Shown here in pieces: positions 11,198 through 20,360 of a DNA stretch of 64,000 nt. The notes beneath the pieces were generated by a model. It had not been told where the DNA came from. It searched no databases and was given only the letters and a program-made list of their open reading frames with translations. How positions within the stretch are numbered: the stretch's first letter is position 1; the number at the start of each line of letters is the position of its first letter. The DNA is from an uncultured Christensenella sp. (GTDB lineage: Bacteria; Bacillota; Clostridia; Christensenellales; UBA1242). The position numbers were made by a program, and so were the translations under genes. The stretch lies in assembly GCA_949290565.1 (NCBI GenBank), contig CASESH010000002.1, forward strand, positions 928 to 64,927, given 5' to 3'.

Positions 11198-11273
11198 TGG
11201 TGGACGACCAGGGACTCGAACCCTGGACCCACTGATTAAGAGTCAGTTGCTCTACCAACTGAGCTAGTCGTCC
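11198..11273 (-). tRNA. tRNA-Lys(CTT)
   Basis: GGACGACTAGCTCAG...CTGAC-TCTTA-ATCAG...GGTTCGAGTCC...GTCGTCCACCA. Confidence 0.96.
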
Positions 11274-11527
11274 AAATATGAATTATACATTTTTCTAATT
11301 TAAGTTTATTGATATTTTAAATTTCATTTTTAAATAAACTTATTTTTTTTATTTAAAATAACAAAATGTCATTAAAAACATTTTTTATTTTAATACGATT
11401 GTTTTAACTTGTCAACAATTATTTATTTTTTGTTAGTAAACTGATTTAAATTATTTCATTTAGTTTTACTTATTTTAATTTTATTGCTATCATATTATTA
11501 TATTAATTTATTGTGATTATGTGAGAA

Positions 11528-12286
11528 ATGGATACCACGAAGGAAAAAAGAAAAAATATTATTATTTTAGTTAGTTTAATTTTGTGCTTGTTTTTTATAA
11601 CAACTTTTTTGTTGTCATATAAGGTTTTTGGAGAGAAACTTGTAAATACAAAAAACGATGAAAATAAAATTGTTATAACACAAGATTTTGATTTATCAAC
11701 CTCTTTTACTGATGATTTTAGCGGAAATTATATTTTGACTATAACAGGTACTATTAAAAATTTAACTGACGATGATTTAGAAAATGTTGAGTTAACTGTC
11801 GATTTAAAAACAACCTTTTTTAATAAAAGACAATCTATTATTATTAAAATTAATAATATTGAAGAAGATGAAGAATATAACATTAATGAAAGTTATATTG
11901 TTGAAGATAATTATAGTAAAATTGAAAATGTTTCTATTAAGTTTAGAAATGGAAGCGAATTTAATTTGCAAAAATACTCAAATGTTTTGTTCAGAAATCC
12001 TATTACGATTCTTTCTTTAATTTTACTTGTAGTTTCATTTATTATCTTTATTTCAATGATTGTTAATAAAGAAACAGATAAGGCAAGAAGTAAATATAAA
12101 AAAGTGGAACAAAGTAAAAAAAATGTAGGAACTTTTTTTGACTTAAAGTTAGAATTAGAAAAAGAAAAAATGGAAAACGAACTTAAAGAGTTGAGAAATG
12201 AAAAATATATAATTTGTGAATACTGTGGAAACAAAAATAATGTTGATGATAAAAAATGTTCTTCTTGTGGAGCAATTCTTAAATAA
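11528..12286 (+). CDS. membrane protein with extracellular domain and C-terminal zinc ribbon
   Basis: Two TM helices; CEYC...CSSC at the C-terminus. Confidence 0.75.
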   Translation: MDTTKEKRKNIIILVSLILCLFFITTFLLSYKVFGEKLVNTKNDENKIVITQDFDLSTSFTDDFSGNYILTITGTIKNLTDDDLENVELTVDLKTTFFNKRQSIIIKINNIEEDEEYNINESYIVEDNYSKIENVSIKFRNGSEFNLQKYSNVLFRNPITILSLILLVVSFIIFISMIVNKETDKARSKYKKVEQSKKNVGTFFDLKLELEKEKMENELKELRNEKYIICEYCGNKNNVDDKKCSSCGAILK

Positions 12287-12339
12287 AATTCTTTTAAAAA
12301 AATATTTACTTATTTTATCATTTAATCTATTATATTAAT

Positions 12340-12876
12340 ATGAGAATTATTTCAGGTAAGTTTCGTGGGTTAGCAATTCCTTCTCCAAAAGAAATAATTG
12401 TTAAACCAACACTAGATAGAATTAAAGAAAATATTTTTAATATTATTCAGTTTCGAGTGAAAAATAGTAAATGTTTAGATTTGTTTTGCGGAAGCGGAGC
12501 CTTAGGAATTGAATGTATTAGTAGAGGCGCTTCTTTTGTTGATTTTGTAGACAACAATAGTCACAACATAAACAACTTAAAAACTTTTTTGCAAAAAATC
12601 AATGTAGAAGATTATGAGTTACATAATTTAGATTATTATGATGCTTTAAAAGGTTTTAATGATAAAAATAAAAAATTTGATATAATTTTTTTAGACCCTC
12701 CTTATGACAGTAACCTTGCCTTTTTATCAATTCAAAAAATTTTTAAGTTTGATTTATTAAGTGAAGATGGAATAATTATTTTTGAACATCAAATAAATTA
12801 TGAAAATAAATATTTAAGTAAAGTTTATGATAGTAGAAAATATGGTAATATTCAAATTGATTTCATAAAAAAATAA
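12340..12876 (+). CDS. rsmD: 16S rRNA m2G966 methyltransferase RsmD
   Basis: MRIISGKFRG, LDLFCGSGALG, FLDPPY and RKYG. Confidence 0.93.
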   Translation: MRIISGKFRGLAIPSPKEIIVKPTLDRIKENIFNIIQFRVKNSKCLDLFCGSGALGIECISRGASFVDFVDNNSHNINNLKTFLQKINVEDYELHNLDYYDALKGFNDKNKKFDIIFLDPPYDSNLAFLSIQKIFKFDLLSEDGIIIFEHQINYENKYLSKVYDSRKYGNIQIDFIKK

Positions 12877-12898
12877 TATCATATTTACATTTTATTAA

Positions 12899-12988
12899 GG
12901 GCTATGTGCGAAAAGTTATCTTTTCTATGAAGTTTAATTTTTAAACTTCATTGTAAAAATTTTAAAAAATTTTTACAGCACATAGCCC
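12899..12988. repeat. four-way-junction palindromic element E3 (reverse arm order)
   Basis: Outer GGGCTATGTGC/GCACATAGCCC; hairpins GAAAAG/CTTTTC, ATGAAGTTTAA/TTAAACTTCAT, TGTAAAAATTTT/AAAATTTTTACA. Confidence 0.9.
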
Positions 12989-13078
12989 ACAAATTGAGAT
13001 ACAATATATTTAATCTAAAAATAATTGAGATAATTATTTAAGTAAAAATGTTAAGATATAAAATAAAGGAAAAGAAAA

Positions 13079-15493
13079 ATGTTAGAAAAGAAATATGATT
13101 TTAAAACAAAAGAAAAGTTTTGGCAAGACTATTGGCAAAAAGAAAATATTTACAAATTTAATGAAAACTCATCAAAGCCAATATTTTCAATTGATACTCC
13201 TCCACCAACGGTTAACGGAAAAATTCATATAGGACATATTTTTAGTTATTCCCAAGCAGAATTTGTAGCAAGATACAAGAGAATGATGGGTTATAATGTT
13301 TTTTATCCATTTGGATTTGATGATAACGGACTTCCAACAGAATTGCTTGTTGAAAAAGAAAAAAACTTAAAAGCATATACTGTTTCACGTGAAGACTTTA
13401 CAAAAATGTGTCTTGATACAGTTGAAAAGTATGAGGAAGAATTTAAAAAACTTTTTATATCGGTTGGCAACAGTGCTGATTGGAGTTTGCTTTATCATAC
13501 TGTAAGTCCAGAAAGTCAAAAGGCAAGTCAAAAATCATTTTTAGAGTTGTATAAAAAAGGACAAGTATATTATTCATTTGCTCCTGCATTATGGTGTACG
13601 AAATGTCAAACTGCAATTGCACAAAGTGAATTAGAGAGTCAAGAAAAAGATAGTAGTTTTAATTATTTAAAGTTTTACATACAAGACAGCGACGAATTTA
13701 TTGAAATTGCAACAACAAGACCAGAATTATTATGTGCTTGTGATTGTATTTTTGTAAATCCAAAAGATGAAAAGAATATTCATTTGATAGGAAAAAAAGT
13801 TTTGGTTCCATTATATAATTTTTATGTTCCTGTATTAAGCGATGACAAAGTAGATTTAGAAAAGGGAACCGGCGTAGTAATGTGCTGTACATTTGGAGAC
13901 CAGACAGACACTCAATGGTTTAAAAAGTATAAGTTAGAATTAAAAGTTGCTATTGACGACTTCGGAAGAATGACCGAAATTGCAGGGAAATACGCTGGTT
14001 TAAAAGTCAAAGAAGCAAGAAATCAAATTATACAAGACTTAAAAGACAGTAATTTATTAATAAAACAAGAACCAATTAAACACCAAGTTTCTGTCCATGA
14101 GAGATGTGGCAATGAGATGGAAATAAAATTAAAAAAACAATGGTTTATAAAAACGGTCGAGAATAAAGAAAAGTGGTTAGAACTTGGTAGTAAAATTAAT
14201 TGGTATCCATCATTTATGAGGTCTAGATATGATGATTGGGTAAAAAATTTAATGATGGATTGGTGTATTTCTAGACAAAAATATTTTGGAGTTCCATTTC
14301 CTGTATGGTACTGTAAAGACTGTGGAGAAATTATTGTTGCTAACGAAGAAGATTTACCAATCAACCCTTTGACAACTAATCCAAAGTCACCTTGTCCAAA
14401 ATGTGGAAGTAAGAATTTTGAACCGGAAAAAGATATTTTGGATACTTGGGCAACAAGTAGTATAACTCCTCAAATAAATACTAGATGGGCTTATAATCAA
14501 AACTTTTATAAAAAAATGATGCCAATGTCTTTAAGACCAAATGCTCACGATATTATTAGAACTTGGGATTTTTATACTATTGTTAAGTCATTTTATCATT
14601 CAAACACAATTCCTTGGGAAAATGTTATGATTAGTGGATTTGTGCTTGCTAGTGCTGGGCAAAAGATGTCAAAGAGTAAGAGCAATGCAAAGACTGACCC
14701 ATTGGAATTAATTAATAACAACTCTGCTGATGTTATTAGATATTGGACTGCAACGGGCTCTCTTGGAAAAGACATCTTGTTTAGTGAGGACAAGTTTAAA
14801 ATTGGTGCAAGGCTTGTAAATAAATTATATAACGCATCTAAATTTGTTTGGTTATTTATTGAAAATTATGAGCCGGATTGTAAAACAAAATTATTGCCAC
14901 TTGATAAGTGGATTTTATCAAAATTTAGTCAAATGTCAAAAAAATTTAGAAATTATTTTGACAAGTATGAAGTTGGACTTGCTATGAACGAATTAGAATC
15001 TTTCTTTTGGAATTTTTGTGATAATTATATTGAACTTGCCAAGGTTAGACTATATAATCCTGAAATTTATGGTCAGGAAGCAAAAAAAAGTGGACAATTT
15101 GCGATTTACAATGTATTGCTTGAAACATTAAAAATGTTTGCCATTTATCTCCCACACATTACTGAGGAGATATATCAAAATACATTTAGAGATAGTTTAA
15201 AAGTAAAAAGTATTCACTTGCTTGAATTTGCTAAGCCTATTATTGATGAAGATATACAATTAATTAAGAATGGCGATGAAGTTTGTAGTATAGTTTCGCA
15301 GGTAAGAGGTTTTAAGACAGACAATAAGATTAGCCTTAAAACAAAACTTGAAAGAGCAGTAATAACGACTAATAATATTGATTTTGTTAAATCTTGCGAA
15401 AGTGATATAAAAGATGCGACAGGAATTATTAATATTAAGTATGAAAAAGGTGATAATTCTCAAATACAAGTTGAAGGTATTTTGGAAGATTAA
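13079..15493 (+). CDS. valS: valyl-tRNA synthetase (short, archaeal-like type)
   Basis: IDTPPPTV, HIGH, GFDDNGLPTE, DWCISRQ and KMSKS; 804 aa without a C-terminal coiled-coil arm. Confidence 0.95.
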   Translation: MLEKKYDFKTKEKFWQDYWQKENIYKFNENSSKPIFSIDTPPPTVNGKIHIGHIFSYSQAEFVARYKRMMGYNVFYPFGFDDNGLPTELLVEKEKNLKAYTVSREDFTKMCLDTVEKYEEEFKKLFISVGNSADWSLLYHTVSPESQKASQKSFLELYKKGQVYYSFAPALWCTKCQTAIAQSELESQEKDSSFNYLKFYIQDSDEFIEIATTRPELLCACDCIFVNPKDEKNIHLIGKKVLVPLYNFYVPVLSDDKVDLEKGTGVVMCCTFGDQTDTQWFKKYKLELKVAIDDFGRMTEIAGKYAGLKVKEARNQIIQDLKDSNLLIKQEPIKHQVSVHERCGNEMEIKLKKQWFIKTVENKEKWLELGSKINWYPSFMRSRYDDWVKNLMMDWCISRQKYFGVPFPVWYCKDCGEIIVANEEDLPINPLTTNPKSPCPKCGSKNFEPEKDILDTWATSSITPQINTRWAYNQNFYKKMMPMSLRPNAHDIIRTWDFYTIVKSFYHSNTIPWENVMISGFVLASAGQKMSKSKSNAKTDPLELINNNSADVIRYWTATGSLGKDILFSEDKFKIGARLVNKLYNASKFVWLFIENYEPDCKTKLLPLDKWILSKFSQMSKKFRNYFDKYEVGLAMNELESFFWNFCDNYIELAKVRLYNPEIYGQEAKKSGQFAIYNVLLETLKMFAIYLPHITEEIYQNTFRDSLKVKSIHLLEFAKPIIDEDIQLIKNGDEVCSIVSQVRGFKTDNKISLKTKLERAVITTNNIDFVKSCESDIKDATGIINIKYEKGDNSQIQVEGILED

Positions 15494-15533
15494 TAAAGTA
15501 ATAAATATTTATATAACAACATAAAATATGATA

Positions 15534-15616
15534 TAGGCAGGTGTTGATAAAATTTTGTAAAAATTTTATCAAAATTATTTTATAATTTTGGCAAGATTCT
15601 TGCAAACACCTGCCTA
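15534..15616. repeat. four-way-junction palindromic element E4
   Basis: Outer TAGGCAGGTGTT/AACACCTGCCTA; hairpins GATAAAATTTT/AAAATTTTATC, AAAATTAT/ATAATTTT, GCAAGA/TCTTGC. Confidence 0.9.
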
Positions 15617-15632
15617 GTCTAAAAATAAATAG

Positions 15633-15660
15633 TTGACATAAGAAAAATAATGACTATAAT
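15633..15660 (+). promoter_or_regulatory. sigma-A promoter of tRNA-fMet
   Basis: TTGACA-N16-TATAAT. Confidence 0.75.
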
Positions 15661-15675
15661 AGAAAATGTTTTTGA

Positions 15676-15751
15676 CGCGGAGTGGAGCAGTTGGAAGCTC
15701 GCCGGGCTCATAACCCGGAGGTCGTAGGTTCGAGTCCTACTTCCGCAACCA
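15676..15751 (+). tRNA. initiator tRNA-fMet(CAT)
   Basis: C1:A72 mismatch, GGG/CCC in the anticodon stem, CAT anticodon, CCA end. Confidence 0.96.
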
Positions 15752-15857
15752 ATTTAAAAGAGATTATTTATAATCTCTTTTTTTATTTAAAAAAATTGAC
15801 ACTACTTTTTGATTTATCATGTTTACTAGTTCTAAAATTAAGTTGTAGGAGGTAAAT

Positions 15858-17813
15858 ATGGATAAATTAGAATACATTCTAGAAAAAATTTCTCAGTTAT
15901 TTAGTGAAATGACAGATGTAAGATATTCTTTGAAGAGTTTTTCAAATCCAACTGAAATAATTACACAAATTGACAACATAGAAAATACACTGACTACCAA
16001 TTTAAGTGAGGTACAACAGTTAAAGAATAGTTTACAACAACTTAATCAAACAGTTAGCAGTATAGATACCGAAGGCATAATAAATGATATAAATAAAAAT
16101 GCTTCGGATATAGTGAATTTAACAAATAATTCAACTACTTTTCAAAATTCAATAACAAATCAAGTTAATAGTTTAGAAACAAGTTTTAACAATAATTTAA
16201 CAAACTTACAAAATGGATTAATTGAAGATATTAATGAAGTAGAAACAAATTTGACCAATACAATAAATTCCACTGAGACCTTGCTAACAGAACAAATTAA
16301 TCAGGTAGAAGATAATACACTGTCAGCAATAACTGAGATTGAAAATGGGGTAGCTGATTCAATAGCGACAATAACACAGCAAATAGATAATAAGGTTTTA
16401 AGTTCACAAAATACTTTAAATGCAAAGATTGAAAGTGTAGAAGATAGTGTAACGTCACAAATAACAACTTTAACACAAAACTTAACAAACTTAGATGAAG
16501 AATTAAGTCAAAGCATCAACAATACAACTACAAGTCTTACTCAGCAGATAGAGAATGTAAACAATAGTTGTACAGCATCAATAACAACTCTCTCACAAGA
16601 CTTAGAAGATAATGTTTCTGCTTTGCAGACAAGCATATCACAAAATACAACAAATTTAAGTACACTAGAACAGTCAACTACGCAATTTAAAAACAGTGCA
16701 AATCAAGCGATAAATACTTTAAACACTAAGGTAGAAAATTTAGATTCTCAAAATCTATCTGATAGAATTACATCAAACGACTTAGATATTACAAATTTAC
16801 TTTTTAGTACCAATCAACTTAATTCTACATTCAACAGTTTTAAACAGGAAGTACAAAATCAAATAAATAAAATAAATTCAAACAAGAATATTTTAATTAA
16901 TCCAAACTTCAAAGTTAACCAAAATGGGAAAACTCTTTATAGAAGAATGGCTAACGATAATGAAATGTTTTATACTGTTGATATGTTTGCTTCGGCAGCG
17001 GGAACTCTTGAAGATAATGAATTTGATTTAACACATTTGTCAACGGGAGGAATAAAAATTAAAGGATATGGTGAATGTGACTTTTTACAAATTATAGAAA
17101 ATGGTAAGAATTTATATTTAAATAAACCATTAAGCCTTTCAATAAGTGTTGACGGAACAATTTATACAAAAGAGAATTTTAGTGTAACAACCAATGGTAT
17201 TCAATCTTTAACTTTTCCAAAGGGTTCAGTTCACGTAATTAACAGTGGAGACATTTTTAAGTGTGTGTTAAAAGCAAATGCTAATACGGAGTTTGTAGTA
17301 AATTGGTGGAAGTTAGAAGAAGGCGAAAAAGTTACTCCATTTGTTGAGCCCAAAGAGGAGGAAGAATTTCTTAAATGTTCAAGATATTATACAGTTTTAA
17401 GAACTGTGCCAAACGATATACAACTAAATGATTATCTCACGACATTTTGCCAAGTTGTAGAATTTTACAAACAAGATGGAATTGCATATCCTTGTTTTTT
17501 TAAAACAAGGTTTTCGTTTGATTTACCAACCGAAATGAGAACTTTTCCAAAACTAAAATACTTTTCAAACTTTAAAATATTTAACACTAGGAGTGGTGAA
17601 TACGAGTATGCCTATAGTTTTATGGAATTTGTTCCAGATTCAAAATATAATAACGATGGAGTTAGAGTTATATCTTATCAAAAGAATAGAATTTTTATTG
17701 AAGGTTATTTCTATGTTTTAGATGAAGCAGGAATAGGAGATATAGGAACATATACGCAATTATTAAGCAGAGAAAATGTTTATCTTCATTTTGATGCAAA
17801 CTTATATGAATAA
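15858..17813 (+). CDS. coiled-coil protein with phage tail-fibre-like C-terminal domain
   Basis: About 330 aa of N/T/Q/S-rich helical repeats, then NILINPNFKVNQNG and KLEEGEKVTPF...FLKCSRYY; AGGAGG RBS. Confidence 0.7.
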   Translation: MDKLEYILEKISQLFSEMTDVRYSLKSFSNPTEIITQIDNIENTLTTNLSEVQQLKNSLQQLNQTVSSIDTEGIINDINKNASDIVNLTNNSTTFQNSITNQVNSLETSFNNNLTNLQNGLIEDINEVETNLTNTINSTETLLTEQINQVEDNTLSAITEIENGVADSIATITQQIDNKVLSSQNTLNAKIESVEDSVTSQITTLTQNLTNLDEELSQSINNTTTSLTQQIENVNNSCTASITTLSQDLEDNVSALQTSISQNTTNLSTLEQSTTQFKNSANQAINTLNTKVENLDSQNLSDRITSNDLDITNLLFSTNQLNSTFNSFKQEVQNQINKINSNKNILINPNFKVNQNGKTLYRRMANDNEMFYTVDMFASAAGTLEDNEFDLTHLSTGGIKIKGYGECDFLQIIENGKNLYLNKPLSLSISVDGTIYTKENFSVTTNGIQSLTFPKGSVHVINSGDIFKCVLKANANTEFVVNWWKLEEGEKVTPFVEPKEEEEFLKCSRYYTVLRTVPNDIQLNDYLTTFCQVVEFYKQDGIAYPCFFKTRFSFDLPTEMRTFPKLKYFSNFKIFNTRSGEYEYAYSFMEFVPDSKYNNDGVRVISYQKNRIFIEGYFYVLDEAGIGDIGTYTQLLSRENVYLHFDANLYE

Positions 17814-17840
17814 AAAAAGTCTGGTTTAGCAGACTTTTTT
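17813..17840. terminator. bidirectional terminator between convergent genes
   Basis: AAAAAAGTCTG/CAGACTTTTTT. Confidence 0.8.
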
Positions 17841-18412
17841 TATTTGTTACCAAGCACTAATGGTTGAATTTGTTCTTTTTTTTGTGCTTTTAAAATTGTT
17901 TCATAAAGCATACTAAAATCAGCAATCATAGATTTTGGTTTACTTTCTGGATTGTCTTGTCTAAATGGTACAAAGAAAACATTTTTAGCATTTAATAGTT
18001 TCGCTATATTTTGTAAATTTAGTCCTAAGGCGTCATTTGTGGAAATTCCAATTACAAGTGGCTTGTAATTACGCATATGAGCCTTGGCAGACATTGTAAC
18101 AGCATCATCACTTAACCCGTTTGCAAGTTTTGCAAGAGTATTTCCTGTACAAGGTGCAATCGCTAGAACGTCTATACTATTAGAAGGCCCGAGAGGCTCT
18201 GCTTCTACTATATTTGAAACTACTTTATGTTCTGTAAGTTCTTCAATTTCCTTTATAAAATCACTTGCTTTACCAAATCTTGTATTTGTTGAAAGTACTT
18301 CTTTTGATACAATAGGAATTATATTGTTTCCTTTCTCCTTTATTTCTTTAATTATTTTAATTATTTGACTATAAGTACAGAATGAACCTGTTATAGCAAT
18401 ACCAATATTCAT
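17840..18412 (-). CDS. dpaB: dipicolinate synthase subunit B (SpoVFB)
   Basis: GIAITGSFCT, AEPLGP, APCTGNTLAKLA, STNDALG and FVPFRQD. Confidence 0.95.
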   Translation of the reverse strand: MNIGIAITGSFCTYSQIIKIIKEIKEKGNNIIPIVSKEVLSTNTRFGKASDFIKEIEELTEHKVVSNIVEAEPLGPSNSIDVLAIAPCTGNTLAKLANGLSDDAVTMSAKAHMRNYKPLVIGISTNDALGLNLQNIAKLLNAKNVFFVPFRQDNPESKPKSMIADFSMLYETILKAQKKEQIQPLVLGNK

Positions 18413-19167
18413 AAACTAACCCCTTCTAAATATTGTTTTATTTTTTCAAAAACCAAATTTCCAGCCGACTCCGGCATAAACTTTGCAGGAAGTGCAGGAC
18501 ATTGAATATACTTAAACAATTTACTTTCAAAATCTATACATTTTTTTGATGCTAATTCAAATACAACGCCATCTTCTTTAAAGAAATTGTTATCATCAAT
18601 TGTAAACAAAGTTTCAGGTATTGTGTTGATTATAACATCATAATTTTTCAAAAATTCTTTACAATGAACAATATTAAAAACATTTTGACTAATAAGTTTA
18701 GCATAGTTACATTCTTTTTCATTTCTCATAGACATATCAAAATCAATGCCCATTTTGTAAAGTAAATAAGCAACTGCTTTTGCAACTCTACCTGAACCTA
18801 AAATAAGTATTTTTTGTTCAAAAATTGACTTTGAAGTATTCATAATTAAATCTGGCAAAAATCCTTCTGCTGTATATAAAGCATTTTTTAATACAAAGTC
18901 CTCATTGTTCATTAAATTTATATATTTTATATTTTTTTTATCTAATAAATTTTTATCTATATTTCCACCAAAGATTATAATGTTATCCGGAAGGTTAAGA
19001 AAATTTTCTTGATTCCATTTGTGAGCCGGAGAGACAACTAGTATATCATTAACTGAAATAAGATTAACATTTTTTTCATCGTAGTCAATGACTTTATAGT
19101 TTAACTTTGCTATTTTAAATGATAAATAATTTATTCTTTTGTCTTTCATTTCTAAAAAAAATTTCAT
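18409..19167 (-). CDS. dpaA: dipicolinate synthase subunit A (SpoVFA), divergent
   Basis: NALYTAEG, ILGSGRV, IINTIP and ELAS; ATGA overlap with dpaB. Confidence 0.85.
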   Translation of the reverse strand: MKFFLEMKDKRINYLSFKIAKLNYKVIDYDEKNVNLISVNDILVVSPAHKWNQENFLNLPDNIIIFGGNIDKNLLDKKNIKYINLMNNEDFVLKNALYTAEGFLPDLIMNTSKSIFEQKILILGSGRVAKAVAYLLYKMGIDFDMSMRNEKECNYAKLISQNVFNIVHCKEFLKNYDVIINTIPETLFTIDDNNFFKEDGVVFELASKKCIDFESKLFKYIQCPALPAKFMPESAGNLVFEKIKQYLEGVSL

Positions 19168-19189
19168 TTTATTTCATCCTTTTTCAAAT

Positions 19190-19218
19190 CACATTATGAT
19201 AATAAAAAAGTATGTGTT
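19190..19218 (-). promoter_or_regulatory. sigma-K-like promoter of dpaAB
   Basis: AACA-N16-CATAATGTG on the minus strand, matching mACm-N16-CATAnnnTA. Confidence 0.6.
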
Positions 19219-19261
19219 ACATTTTGTAACAAAAAAAATATAAAAAAAATAGAATATCTAT

Positions 19262-20230
19262 ATGAAAAGATATTTTTTAGGAGCAGGCAACACCTGTAAG
19301 TTGTTTAAAAACTATTTTGATAATATTTTGTACGGGGATGATGGTTTTGAATATATTCTAAAAGGTGGCCCAGGAACAGGTAAAAGTTCTTTTATGAAGA
19401 AAGTTGGAGAATATTTTGAAAACCGGGGTTTTCAAGTTGAGTATTTTTTTTGTTCATCAGACATAGATAGCCTAGATGGAATTAGAATTGTAGAAAAAAA
19501 TATTTGTATTGTTGATGGAACTGCCCCTCATGTAACTGAGGCTTCTATTCCAGGTGTAAAAGAAAAAATTATCAATTTAGGAATGTTTATAAATGATAAT
19601 ATTGTAAAAAATAAAAATGAAATTACTTCAAAATTAATTAGTAAGAATAAATGCTTTAAATTAGGTTATTCTTATTTAACGGCAATAGATGAGTTAATTC
19701 AAGTTGAGAGATTAATTCAAGAAGTTGATATTAAAACTGTAATAAAAAAATCAAATAAAATTTTAGCAAAAATAAACTTAAATAGTTTAGAAAAAGGAGT
19801 GGAAAGAAAACTTTTTATTTCTTATTTAGCAATCAATGGAATACAATCTCTTTATGAAAAAAATTCTTTTAAAAAGATAATTCAGTTAAACTGTAAAAAT
19901 ATGTTTGAGGGAGAACAAATTCTTGAAGAAATAAGAAAAACATTAATTCAAAATAATATTTATTTTGTTTCTTTTTTATCTCTTTTGGACCCTACAAAAG
20001 TTGAAAGTATTTTGATTCCATCTATAAATTTAGTTGTTGAAAATAATAATAAAAATTTTATCTTTGAGAATCAACAAATGTTAGATGAGTTAATTTTAAA
20101 AGCAGGTGAAAGCATAAATAACGCTAAATATTATCATAAGCAAATAGAAGAATTTTACATTACAAATATGGACTTTGATGGCATAAATAAACTAAGAACT
20201 AATATTATAAAAGAAATAGAAAACAGATAA
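19262..20230 (+). CDS. P-loop ATPase, PRK06851-like family
   Basis: LKGGPGTGKS, CSSDIDSLDG and VDGTAPH. Confidence 0.8.
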   Translation: MKRYFLGAGNTCKLFKNYFDNILYGDDGFEYILKGGPGTGKSSFMKKVGEYFENRGFQVEYFFCSSDIDSLDGIRIVEKNICIVDGTAPHVTEASIPGVKEKIINLGMFINDNIVKNKNEITSKLISKNKCFKLGYSYLTAIDELIQVERLIQEVDIKTVIKKSNKILAKINLNSLEKGVERKLFISYLAINGIQSLYEKNSFKKIIQLNCKNMFEGEQILEEIRKTLIQNNIYFVSFLSLLDPTKVESILIPSINLVVENNNKNFIFENQQMLDELILKAGESINNAKYYHKQIEEFYITNMDFDGINKLRTNIIKEIENR

Positions 20231-20263
20231 AAATTTTTTTTGCTTTAAAAGTGAAAAAGAGAG

Positions 20264-20360
20264 AAACACGTGTGTTAGAATTTTGCAAAAACAAAATTCT
20301 AACAAGTAAAATTTATAAATAAATTTTACTTTCAAAAATAATAATTTTTGACACGTGTTT
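20264..20360. repeat. four-way-junction palindromic element E5
   Basis: Outer AAACACGTGT/ACACGTGTTT; hairpins GTTAGAATTTTG/CAAAATTCTAAC, AAGTAAAATTTA/TAAATTTTACTT, CAAAAAT/ATTTTTG. Confidence 0.9.

Noticed and set aside
15752-17840. Intact prophage or integrative element at tRNA-fMet
   Set aside because: Only one phage-like gene, no integrase, and no duplicated tRNA 3' end found.
18409-18412. Possible UGA recoding (code 4/25) given the low GC
   Set aside because: dpaA ends in TGA overlapping the dpaB ATG, conserved Trp codons are TGG, and long genes are intact under code 11.
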